NCBI RefSeq assembly: GCF_000150275.1
Contig: NW_002060944.1
Span: 8,952,159 to 9,016,158 of the forward strand
Direction: 5' to 3'
Source of the DNA: Trichoplax adhaerens
Lineage: Eukaryota; Animalia; Placozoa
Length of the DNA stretch: 64,000 nt
In this document: in pieces, positions 1-13,300 of the stretch
Numbering within the stretch: the first letter of the stretch is position 1
Layout: the number at the start of each line of letters is the position of its first letter
Translations under genes and position numbers: made by a program
Notes under the pieces: generated by a model
Databases searched by the model: none
What the model was told of the DNA's origin: nothing
The model's input: the letters and a program-made list of their open reading frames with translations, nothing else

Positions 1-849
1 ATTGTTTCATGCCAAATAAGTTATTAACAAATTAAAAATTTTACAAATTCAAAACATCATACTACTCTTTTCGCAAATTATATGATAACGACTCACCCAC
101 AAGCTCATAAGTGACGAAGTTAATTTATCATTGGTTAAATATTCAAATTTCTGTTAAAAAGCAAAATAGACATTTATTAATGATAGCTAAGTTAATGCAT
201 AGGATCTTGTCACGACTCACTTTACGAAATGATTAACTTAAATAAATTTTAAGCAGTGGATGATACTTAAGCAATGAATTAAATAAAAATTTGACAGTAT
301 ATTATATCTCATAGTTATATTTGAAATTGGATAATTTCGTAAATTGAATTCATAATTCATATTTCGTTAATCCCTATAGAGGGAATATAAATAAAGCACT
401 AAACCTGATCGATAGTGTTTTTCATCGAATCAATTTCTTGTACGACGACAACAGTTAACCAGTACTTGATTATAGCCAGACTGCAAGTATTATTCACTGT
501 TATTCCTTCATTACTACATTAAAAGCAAGAATATAGACTATTAGGCTGGCTCTTCAATATTATCTAACTCCTATAATAGTAATCAGATGCTGTTTAAAAT
601 CACTTCTGCTAAGAGTAGGATATATCATGTGTATGAGGATGGTAGCATCTTTATACTTATAAATATTAATGAAAATTTCAAAGGTTATTAAGCTTTTAGT
701 GTTTAGACAATAACTAGCGAAAAAGTGATGTCTCAATGACATTTTAGAAGCGATTGTAACGATATTATATTACTGTAGCATGAAATGCTGCTATAATGAT
801 ACATACTGATGGTTAGGATATTAAATATCGTTAAAGTATTTAATCGATA

Positions 850-1423
850 ATCAAGCATAGACGATCTATTTAAACGACTTATTACAAGAATTCCAAAGAT
901 GTTATATTACTGTAGCATAGCATATAGTTTTACTAAAATGATCTATAGTGATCTTTCTGAAGTAAGAAATAAATAAAATATTGTAATGTTAAGCAATGAT
1001 CACAAGTAAGACTCCAATTTATATATTCAACGTATTTCTATGTATCAATAATAATATAATTATGAATAGAGAGAGTATTTAAAAATAGCTGATGGCAATC
1101 TCTTTTGAGAATTAAATTGATCAGACTTCTTAATGATCAAATAGATGATATATCTAGACAAACTGTAAGGAGTAATTCTAAAGATGTTATATATCTGAGT
1201 ATAAGTGTTGCTATAATGATCTTCTGTATGCTGATTCTTCTGAAGTAAAGAATATATAAGATAAATTTTATAATGCTAAGCGATAATTATAGGTCAGACT
1301 TCAATTTATATATTTAACGTACTTCTGTATATCAATAACAGTATAAGAATAAATGGAGTACTTAAAAATAGCTGATGACAATCTTTAAGGGGAATAAAAC
1401 TGATCAAAATTCTTAGTAATCAA
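850..1423. repeat. Old diverged tandem duplication, ~285-bp period
   Basis: AATTCCAAAGATGTTATAT (889) vs AATTCTAAAGATGTTATAT (1174). Shared blocks TTCTGAAGTAA, CAATTTATATATT.AACGTA.TTCT, TAAAAATAGCTGATG.CAATCT and TGATCA.A.TTCTTA.T.ATCAA occur in the same order in both copies. Confidence 0.85.
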
Positions 1424-4400
1424 TTTTTTATTGTCGTAATAATTCTACGGGTTACTGGGCCGCTGTAGTGATTTCAGCTAATTACAGCAGTTTTGCGTAT
1501 GCAATATAGTGATAGCATGTAGTATAGAACTGTATGTCTTAATAAAGTATATGCTATATAAGGCCGTAGCTGATAGCCATATTAAGTAATGTTATTAAGC
1601 AATGTACTAATGTGATCGATGACTCCTATGTAGAGGAGCAATTGATGATAATTTGTATAAGTTGTATAGAATTGTTACCGTGGAGGCTAAGTCGATTATC
1701 CGATTTATCTTAGCCACTTTCGACTATTATTATGAGGGGAAGAAATTGGAATTCTTCTCTGACTGACGACACACGTACGTTAATAAACTGGACTGTTATA
1801 AATCAATTATACGGTGTTGACTATTTAGTGTCACGTTAGGGATTTGCTCGATTTTAACAACTCAGAATTTTGAGTTGACGGATTACTAACCTAGGGCTAA
1901 TAAGCTGTACACTACAGCCACCTTGATTAATTATAATATTTATGCTAAAGTTTGATCTCAAACAGCATGTACTTTCTATCCTTACATATAGCTATAACGA
2001 GAGTCGAAAATGGATGCTGAACTACATTTTACACGCTATATTATCTTTTGTGTGCATCTATTTAAACTTGTTTCTTCGTTCCGTGTATAGCGTGACAGTT
2101 ATCATAAGTGGCGCATATTTTTATGTTCTATCATACACTTTCTAGCCATTGAATTCTAATTAGAAAGTAGAACAAACTCTTGATGCCACATAGATGAGAT
2201 TGCTGTCATATGATTCATGTATAACAAAGACCAAAAAAATAGTATTTTAGCCACTAAGGGTAAACTCAAAATTATGTTTACGGGTACACATTTAATAAAT
2301 AGCTCAATCTATTTACGCGTATACCATGAAGTGTGGATAAATGGTAGCGACTAACACTAGTAAGGTCAACTTTGTTTACCTAAAAAATTTGATACCTCCG
2401 CAATTCAAACTACCATCTAGTCTAATATCACAATCGAAGAATTGACACCCTCTGGTATGATATGATAAGAGTATGAGATGAATGCCGAAGTTTATAAGAA
2501 AAGCAAATAAATAAAGTATAAATTCACTTCTCACAAAGTGTTGAAGAAATTATCAATGAACAAGATTGGATTGTTATCATCTCAAGCTAAAGAATCGGTG
2601 CGTAGCTGTTATGGAAGAAAAATTAAGTACGTAAACTATATAGAAGAGAATTTATAGGCAAAAAGTGAAACTTTAACTGTCTGGCTAGTTATGCAACATT
2701 GATGACTTACAAAGAGGAATGAAAGTCTTGTTGTTGTAGCCAGTTAAGAAATGCAAGATTCTCATGGATGCACGTGTTTTGTAAACCAGAATAATTGATG
2801 ATTCCATGAAACATATTTTCTATGTTTTTCAGATAAAAGCTAGCTTCGATAGTTGAGGACATGATTAATTTCTGATCAATCTATCACCAGTCAACAATTA
2901 GTAGAAATGATTCGTTTTCTTGATTGACTCTCAATATTATAGCCACAGGTGGAACTGCTGAGTAGAGTTTTATAATGACGTAGATGTGCGATCTCCCACT
3001 GATTGATAAATAACTTGTCCAATTAACCACTTGATTATCGGGTCATTTCTCCGTGAATTATATGAATTATTGTTCATAATAATCTTTTATCTTTATGATA
3101 CAATACAAGAAAGAAAATAGAAAAATGTAAGTCTTTTAAATCAAACAATTGAAGGCATGGCAATTGTTATTACAATATCATCAACAGCCAAGATGGCATG
3201 TTACTTATCCTAAACTACAGTCCTGAAACTAGACATTAACATGCCGAAAACGAAGGTAACGAATATGTCTTCCTCGCAGCTCCGTATTCGTAGGTAATTT
3301 CCTGTTGTTATCTCATCCTAATGAAATAAAATAAGCTATCCATAACTTGCCTGCAGACTAACTGGCGGTTCCATTAGTTTAGATATCAGTACTAATTGTA
3401 ACAAATTCAATAATATAGAAATGGATTGCCGACAACAAAACAAAACCAGTTTTATTACTGCTAGCAATTAAGACTTGATTGTTGTTATCGACATGCCCTA
3501 CCTATTGATATTTATAAAGCTTGATATTTGGTTTAAAAACTACGAAATAATTGAGTCTGTACCCTTCCGATAACAAAAATAAAATCAGTCTTATTGCTGC
3601 ACGCGTTTAATACTTGATTTTAATTAACGATGTGCCCCCACCGTACCTTTTGGTATCAAAATACTTCATGTTAGACCTAAAAACTGGGATACGGAATGGT
3701 AGAAAACTTAAACAGTAATATCGTAACCGTGCCTCGAATTATATTATCTTTAGCTAATATTATTTTCTTTCAATTCAATCTCTATTAAATTAAGCCAACA
3801 ATTGATGATGAATGATACGGGAAGTAAAATCTTATTTTTCATCCTCCATCATCTCATTAACTGAAGCTGATTTAACCTTCACCTAATCAACATAGATGAT
3901 CATATCGTTGGTCATGCAGCTTTGCGTGGGACCATTAATCTCTGAAATACTGATACATTGCGGTATTAGACTATTTGATTATGTTCTATTAATTTTGTGG
4001 TACGGTTGTCCGTTTTCCACCGTAACGACTACAATTTTAAGATGATTTAACCCGTTAACTAGATAAATCGAAAATCAGCCTGACCAAAACACTACTTACG
4101 ATGGTCAAAGCATTTATATATTACAAAATAATGATAGAACTGACCAATAAAATCAATATAGTGTTGCTGTGAACTAAAGCAATCCATTGTAGTCATGCGA
4201 TAATATCCCGATGAATAGCAAGTGAAACCTTTTAAATTTATTTCGAGAAGAAAAATAGATATTATGGTGATTCAATGTGACTTGTAACAATAACTTCATA
4301 ACTAATTTAATTGACTCTACTGGAAATGACTTATCATTTTTTTTTTGGTAACAGTGAAATAGTTAAGATTAATTCAATTTCTAGCCTATCTTCTACCGAG

Positions 4401-7400
4401 CGTTAAATGTATTGTAGACTTAAAAATAAGAAATACTCTACCCTCTATAACACATTTTTTGACTATGATTCGTTAAAAGAAGTAAAACCTCCAGATAATA
4501 ACCTTCACCGTACCATTCTAGAATTGCAGGAAATTTTGTACAAGTACAGTTAGAGCTATAGAGTTGGATGTTATGACTGATGGGTGGAGTAAAATCATTT
4601 CATAGAGAAATTAACAGTAGCGTGGGAATAACATAGTAGAAGAAATTGGATACTTGGTTGCTATTGGAAAGTTGTTGAGTAAATACAGCTGGTTATTGAG
4701 TGCACAGCCTCTAATGTTAGATTTTACTGTAAATATACTACTCCTGGATTGACGAGAATATGCAAAGTCACCGATTTCGTATAAATACTATAACAGATCG
4801 ATGGAGGGATCTATCACCTGTAGCAGTTTATACTGAAATAAATAATTGATATTGTTCAATCATCCATGAAATACTTAACCGCTTGGGTTATTGAATAAGC
4901 CAATTGGTAGTTGATCAAAATAAAGTAGTTCGCTAAAGACCATCACAGTAACTTTCAAAGATTTTTATGATTATAAATAAAATAGCGATATCGAGGTAAA
5001 ATTCACAAGTTAGAACATAAGAATAAAGAATTATACGATTTTATTTTCTGAAGAAGTCAATATAAAAATTAGAAATGAAACAACACATGTGTTACTGGAA
5101 TATTCCATATTTAATTTATCTCTTACGTGATACACTAATTAATATTGCGTCGATGATAACGTCTTCTACAATGGCTCATTCCGCATAATTGTTAAGTACA
5201 GTACTTGATAATTATACTGAATTTGCCATAGACACTTTAATCTCGTAATTATGCTGTTCTCATTTTAGAGTCAAAAATACATTAGCGCTAGCTTAAATTA
5301 CTGCCCTAACGTATATGAAATCTATCGTAGTCTAATCTGACTGAACTATCACGGCAGGCTATTATTGGTATCTTACTCTTCTATACGTATCATTACTAAA
5401 ATGACTTATGACGATCAAGTTCTGATTACTTTCTCAAACAATTAAGCGCATCAACCGTAGGCAGTATCCACGCTTTTAACCCAATCTGTAGTTTTGCTGT
5501 TTAAGACAACTTCTAGCAAACATCTAGATCAATATATGATAATGAATGTTTTGTAATGATAACTGAATTGACTTCCGGATTTATTTATATACTTTACCTT
5601 GATTTGAACGAATAGACAATAACCCACTTTGTTTTACAACGATTTAAGATAAATATAAACAGGAGAATACGACAATTAGTAATTGCATTATTAATTGATT
5701 CATATTATGATGCTAACGAAGCTTCAGTAAGAATAGACCATTTATTTTCGACTAGGTAACAAGTTGTTGTCATGCCATATCACAATCGAATTATTATGGT
5801 CATTCCTAAAAATTAGCCATCAACAAGCAGAAATATACGTATAGAAGTGAAAGATCTTCATAGCTTTTTACAGGCATAATGCATATCGCCTAGAGTAACA
5901 CTTTTAGTTCTAATCAAATATTAAAATTTTATCAATTTTATTGATTGTGTGCATAAATTGAAAGCCATCCATTGCTATTAGTCTATTTTAGAACAGTTGA
6001 TGATTATGTTTTATCACTAAACTAAATACGAAGCAGTTAAAAATATACAATTTAAATTTACTATCAGCCCGTAGATTGATAGTAGACGAAAATCTCTCAC
6101 ATAGTATTATATTTAGTGATAGCTATAGTAATCTTCTTCTACGTAACCTTCCATATCAATTAATCTATAAGAACTTATTTCAAAGCCATCGTAAATGGTT
6201 TTATGTTGTTGTTCTACAATATTTCAGCGAATCAACAGTTATTCTATGCCATTGAACATATTCCAATTTAACGTTTTTCTCAAACTCTTCTTTAGAAATA
6301 GCGTCCTTAGTTATTAATTCTTAAAGAAAATTGAATCCATGCAGAAAAAATTTATGGATCATCCGTAACAACCATTTATTGATGGCTTATTATTCATATA
6401 GACCTGAAGTTATTATACTATGCTTTGTTATGTTGTACAGAGTTACATTCTAGCTATGAATTTGTCATCCGATCACAGACTTACTAGCAAAGAAGAATCT
6501 GAAAGGAAGTGATCTTTTCATCTAATGAATCCATTAGCGTCGGTACGACTTCATTTCCACAATAAATTATCATATTCTCTATTTAAATAGAAAGATTTAG
6601 CGTCACGTAAAGTTATATGTAATGGCTTTTTACTAATATTGCTCTCCAATGCTTTAATAGTTGTACAATAAATAATGCTTTGTTAGCTATTGAAACAGCT
6701 GACGACTAGCCTACAAGAAGGCGCCGTGCCTATTATCAATATCATTTTTGCAATCAAGACAACTATTGTTTCCATAATATGTTCGCGGAAGTGCTTCTCA
6801 AATTAGTCGATAAGGTAATGATCGTCAGTGTCTAAAGCAATTAGGACCAGCTTTACGATTATTAAAGTCCAATTATTGAATAGTTAAGAAAAAAGAATAC
6901 GAGCAAAAATGATTGGCTTTGTCATAGAAAAAGGTATCATGTGCTTGTATTACCTGCGGGTTGGCAAGATTTTAATATTGTTCCTAGGCCATTAAAGACT
7001 GAATAACACAAATCAATTCCAAATAAAGCTGAAAAACCAACGAAAGCTTGCAATTGTATCATTGCACAATACAAGATTATGAATGAGTCTGAAGGATTAT
7101 TTCCGTTCGATTACATATTTCTAAGAAATAGTAATTCATCGGATTGAGTCTACAAGCAATGATTCCTTAGCTTTAGATTTCTTTAACGGAAAACATCGGA
7201 AAAGGCTATTTACCTTCAGAAATAAGAAAAAATCTGAGCCAAAGGCTATGGAATTAAGTCTTATAAAGAAAACAATTACCGTATTCCACAATCGAAAGAC
7301 AAAATATGCAATTGCCTATGCTATAGTGAACCTTATGGTTTGCATTTACGTTTTTAAGTAGCTAATGATCAGCTGGATTGTATAGCTACTCGTAATAGAT

Positions 7401-9779
7401 AGTTAAAAAGGGATATGAGTATGAGATACTGTAGCATTGGTCATAAAAAATGCAAACGTGTTATTTGGAAATGTGGGTAGCTAGCTAGTGATTATTGATA
7501 CGTTGGAAATGGAATTTATCTTTAAAATTCAGTTCCAATATTTAAATTTGAACAGTTTGCACGGACAGTTAAATACAATAAGAAAACGAAAACTTTATTT
7601 TTGAGAAGAGCAGAAGAGCATGAAAAGAGTTGAAAAATTATGCTAGTTTGTACGTGCAAAGTATTAGCCAGCTCTGATTCCAGCATGATTATTTCCTGAA
7701 GGATTGAATGCGATACATTAATACTTGAAAAATAGCACATTTCATAAAAGTGACAGCTCTGATATAAATGCAGAACATGATTCCTTTTTGTAGTTTTCCT
7801 CGATTCACATTCAAATCTAAATTTGTCGTTACTACTTCATAAGTTTGAGCTCATCAGAAAATAACTCTGTATATACATATCTTAGCTTGTGACAGTGTTA
7901 TGTACTGTATTAGAGTAGAAATATCTATGTTAGGATAATTCTGTTACCCTATCCTTATTTAGTTAACTTCTAATTTGGATATACTGTGTTTTATTATATA
8001 TAGCACTGACTTTTTATGACAGTGACACATATACACATACTGAAATTAATAGTTATAATAGGGTATGCAAATCATCTACTTACAGTTCGAATCATTGTTA
8101 TTGTAACTTTCTTATGGCAGATTGCAAATTATCATGGAAATGTTCCGTGATAGGACATATCGTAATCTGACTATTCTGCATTAGTCATCAGGTGTCTACG
8201 TTCGTAAATACTGTTGTCTGCATTAAGGGAGCAGTAGCTAAAATTAATATCTAATTCAGTAAATGATTCCTTAGTTAATCGTACTAACTATGACTCATGA
8301 ACTATTGAGGAAGAGTATATAAATGCAGTATATCATGTAATAAAGTGGATTCTTAAACTTAGTGTTTAACGTAAAATACAAGGCATCTAAGTCTTTGTGT
8401 AGTCTGCTAGTAGAGATAAAATGTTTTTTATAGTGCAGATATCGTTCCTTGATACGTGGTTTAAGGAATTGACTTATTGATCGTACATTACGTTATCTTG
8501 TTTTAATGCCGTTTTATGACATAGCTACATTGAAAAAACTTTAAAAGATTATTATCAAAGCAACGCAGAATGGACAGAGTAATGAAATTTCTTTGGAAAG
8601 GAGTGGGAAGTAAATCAGTAAACTTAGAAAAGAAAATCTTAATAAAGCCTTTTAATAATCGAATAAATAGAGCATTTAACATTTTTCGCTAAGATTTACC
8701 TACATAAAATTATTTATAGTTTTTGCACGTGAAAAAAGGAAAATGTAAAATTAATTCCTCTTATTTTAGCAGCGAATAGCAGTAATAAATAGCTTAAATT
8801 ATTTAGTTTGGATCATGATACCTTCATCCTTACACTTACTATATGTTATCAGAATCAGAATTCTAGTTTAAATTGACTATTTGATCTACTTCTAATTCGG
8901 TAATATAAAAATCATCAATATTTTACTCGTAAATCACATCATTTATTAAAAATAAAAACTTCACTACTTAATGTTTTAATTATTGCATTTAAATGAGCAG
9001 AATTTGATAAATTTGCTGTTCCCGTCTTTGATTTATGACGTGATCACAAATAAAGATATGTTATTTTACTTTTCTGATCAACTCTTATCCTTAATTATTT
9101 CAGTGCCCAGGAAGTAACTATCATGTAGCTTCAAATTGTATATTATGATTCATCGCAGTAATTTTAAGGCACAGTTAAAAAATTAAAACTGAATTTATGT
9201 CAAATTTATCCTACTTTAATGATCACATTTGTCTATAAATTGTATATTTTCTTAATATAACTAAATCCTGTTATATTGCTTAAATTCCAGCACACAGTAG
9301 AACTTGGATCCTGGAGTTAATTAAACGAGTCATCTAGATTGTTTTAATTTTGGATTTTTAGCTGCTTTTGATATTTTATAACTTTATAGCAGGCAATATT
9401 TTATCTTCTTTATTATAACTTTCTAAATTATAACTTACTGACATATTTCGAAACTAAACAAAAGGATAATAAGTATGATCAAATGACCCATTAAGCTCTT
9501 ATAGCCATGTTAAATTTCATTTATTTAATTTCTTCTTCATTAGGTTGTTTTCAACGCTGAATATTAATTAATTACTTGCGAAAAAGATATTTTTAATTTT
9601 CTTGCACCGTAATGGTTAAGATGAGTCGATGTCTAATACTTGCAAATTATGTTGCGTTAATTTAGTGATATAGTGCACAGCCGTCGGGAATGATATCCAG
9701 TAACTAAGTTGACGAATCAGATATGAGAGAGGCTTACATAAACGATATTAAAGTTCGTACTTTTTCCATAAAATAGCAT

Positions 9780-10300
9780 TTCTGGGGCATTTGCGATCAT
9801 TTTTACGCGTTGCTACAGCATTAGAATCGGAAATAGTGTAAATACCATAATTTATATAACGAATTTCAACTTCATGGGATGTTTTTCCTATGAAATGTTT
9901 AAATAGGTATTCTCCACATTTAATTCATGTAATACATCGATGGCATGATTTCTTTAACAATTATGAATCGTTTAGCCAATAATGCCAAGGAATTAACTCA
10001 AAAATACTTGTTAAGCGGACCATTGGTGCAGTGCAGTAACACTTGCTACGAATTGGTTGTTATAATGTTGATTTCAGTCATTTGGATCACCGAGATGCCG
10101 ACGACTACGTAGCTAGCAAGAACAAGGACTATTTACATTTCTTGATCTTTATGACAAGTATGGGCGCTTTGACGCGGTACAGTCTTGTAAAATCCCTGTT
10201 TACCTACAAGCTCTGCTCTCATAATGTAAGCTTTATTCGAAGAATGAGGTATATCCCTCTACTGGAACATCGGCATTTGATTCTTCTACTTGAATAAAAA
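9780..10300 (+). pseudogene. Possible heavily decayed Penelope-like reverse transcriptase relic
   Basis: By-eye fragments in RT order across shifting frames: FWGI, SPH, GPL..C...CYE, F....RDADD, TFLDLYDK. Weak; not verified by alignment. Confidence 0.25.
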
Positions 10301-13300
10301 TAGTTCATTATTATATTGCCATCTTACTTGGTTAAGGTTAATAAAACTCTACACCGCAAAAAAAATTCAAGAACGTACTGGTATTGTCTTAACTATCTAC
10401 TATTCCGATTTAAAATACTATCTATGCCTTCATTTTTAATTTTAAAATTTAAAAGCAATAACAATAAATGAAGAAATATATTTTCTATTTTACAATCGCG
10501 ACACATACGGGTACGGTATATAAGAAAAAGGTGTAAACGAATATAATATATAATAATGTCAAATATAACGATGAGAGGAGTATCATACCTGGATTCAAGG
10601 TATCCTTTAGAATATCAATTGTTTGCAGAACCGGATAAAAATACTTTAACTTACTTTTACCACTCTTTAAAATCCTTTATGCGAAACCAAAATTAAAAAA
10701 AATTATTTATTAGCAGGAATTGTAATTCTTATGTTAATAGTTCTATTATTTACTCTAAATTTTACGGGCATGCTTTCATACTACGTGTATATAAACAGTG
10801 ATATCGGAAAATGGAATCCATTAAGGTACAATTTTCTAACCAATCAATCCAAGTAATGATTCTTCTTTCTTTTTGAACTATTCCATGAATGTCAGTATCG
10901 GTAAGGCTATGTTTTAATTCGACTTCTATATGACATTTCATAGGGTAAATTCGACACACTTTTCTATTTTCTAGATGAGTAATATGAATTAAGTTATAAA
11001 ATCGACGTAATAATTTATCTTTAATGTTTTAGTATATGTATAAAAGCCGATATATAATTCATACCATTTACATAGCTAATAGATATTCGGCCGAGTTTTT
11101 GTTCACTAAATCGAATAATAAATGTCCCAGGCGGATAGTATTGAAGTAATTCATCAGCAGCGATCTTAGATATGAATCCTATCATTAAACTTTAAAATTA
11201 AGGTAACATTAACTATATGGGTTACTCCAATACGTGACATTTAAATAATAGATACGCGCCTTTATGATGTTCAATATTAAATCTTGATTAAATATTAACT
11301 CTTACCCATTTTTCCACCACTTTAATAAATTATGCTTTGGCTCGTTTAAAAGTTCAATACAGGTAAAAAACCATCCTCCGAAGGTAATGCTTTGTTGTAT
11401 ATCACGTAATTTTTCCTAATTTATAAAAAAAAGGTTTATTTCTTGCAGTTTCATGAATATAAATAAATGATCTTAATTTATATCTTTGTAATTATAGTAC
11501 ATATGATATGCACTTCTACTCGCACAACCTATTTTATCTCATTCATCACTAACCTTGTAGTATTGATTCCAAGAAATAGGATGAGCGGGATTTTCTATGT
11601 CTGCACCTTTATAAGGCACACATTAGAAATTCAGAATGCAATGTCAGTATCCATTATTTTGAAACGAAATATTTAGTCTACGCTCCATCCAACACTTTGA
11701 TAAACCATAATATGTCTTATGTTCATTTATCAAATAATATTGAGAAAATTTGCCAACAGCTTTTATAGCTAGTTAAACAAATATAGTATAATTAACCTGT
11801 CATTCTTTTGTAGATATACCGCAAATTCTGATCAGTCAAATTTTGTTTTAGTCTGCAGAAACAAAATCTATTTAACATGTTTTTAATTTGACACCATTTT
11901 GCACGTTGCGGAAAATCAACCTGGTGCATTTCCTTATCCTACAAATGAATCATTGAAATTTGATGGTTCGTCGTCAGAAATACCATCTACTTGCAGATTT
12001 TATATTAAATTTGTTCGTTATATTGACTTATTATTGCATAACAGGTGCAAAAACAGTTATTTATTCCGGCCTTGTATTGTCGTCAAGTTTTTCATGACAT
12101 TAAATTTCGTTATTAGGTTTCTTCTAATATCAAATGAAATATTTACCCATGGGCTGATGTAGTAATCCCATACAAGTGAGCATTCTGCGGCAATTGTGTC
12201 TTTCTTTCGATTTATTACGCGAATCGAAGGAGAAGTTACCTGCAACTAAAATAAGGTAAAATCGCTCTATGAAAATTGCTGATACTTTGAAATCATGCAA
12301 TAAGGATTAAACTAATAAAATCTAAAATCTCTTTCCAGTTAACATTGCAGTGCAGAAAAGTCTATTTTTGACCGCAATTTAGCGTAAAATGTGATTAAAA
12401 TTATTATAAATATTACGGTATATATTTTGATTAGTTATCTACACTCGTATGCTTAATAAATTGTATAGAAATAGCTTATTGGTAGGCTATCAAACAGGAT
12501 AAGTCAAGTCTTAAATTTAACATATTTGAACTAGACTTCGTGAAGAAATATTTACCGTCGTATGGATATTCTTATCCAATATAACAACAGCAATTTTAGG
12601 CATTTTCCAATTAAAAAAGAATCTATCATCCGTTGAGCTCTGAAGCAGAATAGATAGAAACAATAATAAGTAAGTTATTACCATCGGCATATACATAATT
12701 TACGTGTAGGAAATGTACTGTATACATTATGTACTCTTACTGTGCGATGTATACCTTTTCGCATATTACCAATAAAGTATCGATATTTATGATACGGATA
12801 TACTTACTTCTCGGCAAACAAAATCAGAGAAGTCGGGAATTAACTGTAAAGAAAGTAAATTCTTATATCACATGATATTTAAATTCTATTAGGCAGTAAT
12901 TATTCAGCTACACTAGCTTAATTTTTCATCCTTCAATTGTGACTTACGATGTCTTTATAAACTATAGATAGGTATCTACTTTCTTCGGAGGAAATAATCT
13001 GTAATTTATGTTAGCCGATTAGTTATTCGCTCAACATTTACGCGAAAAAAATTGTTCCGAGTATCTCCAAAAATGATGCTATTGAAAAAATAATCCCAGT
13101 TACAAACCCCTAGGCCATCGATTTCCAGCTTGCTTTTACCTCTATTTACGAATTTTGCAAAACAGAATATTATGTTAAGTTTAGTATAAGTTTAGTATAA
13201 CTTTGAAAAATGCGAATATGGCTAATTTTTACTAACCCAGTCAATTTCATTTCGATTTTAAAATCTTGAGATATTATTTTATTAATGCCTAAAATACTGC

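Noticed and set aside
3241-3293. Possible first exon MPKTKVTNMSSSQLRIR followed by AG|GTAATT
   Set aside because: No downstream exons or homology could be linked; compatible with chance.
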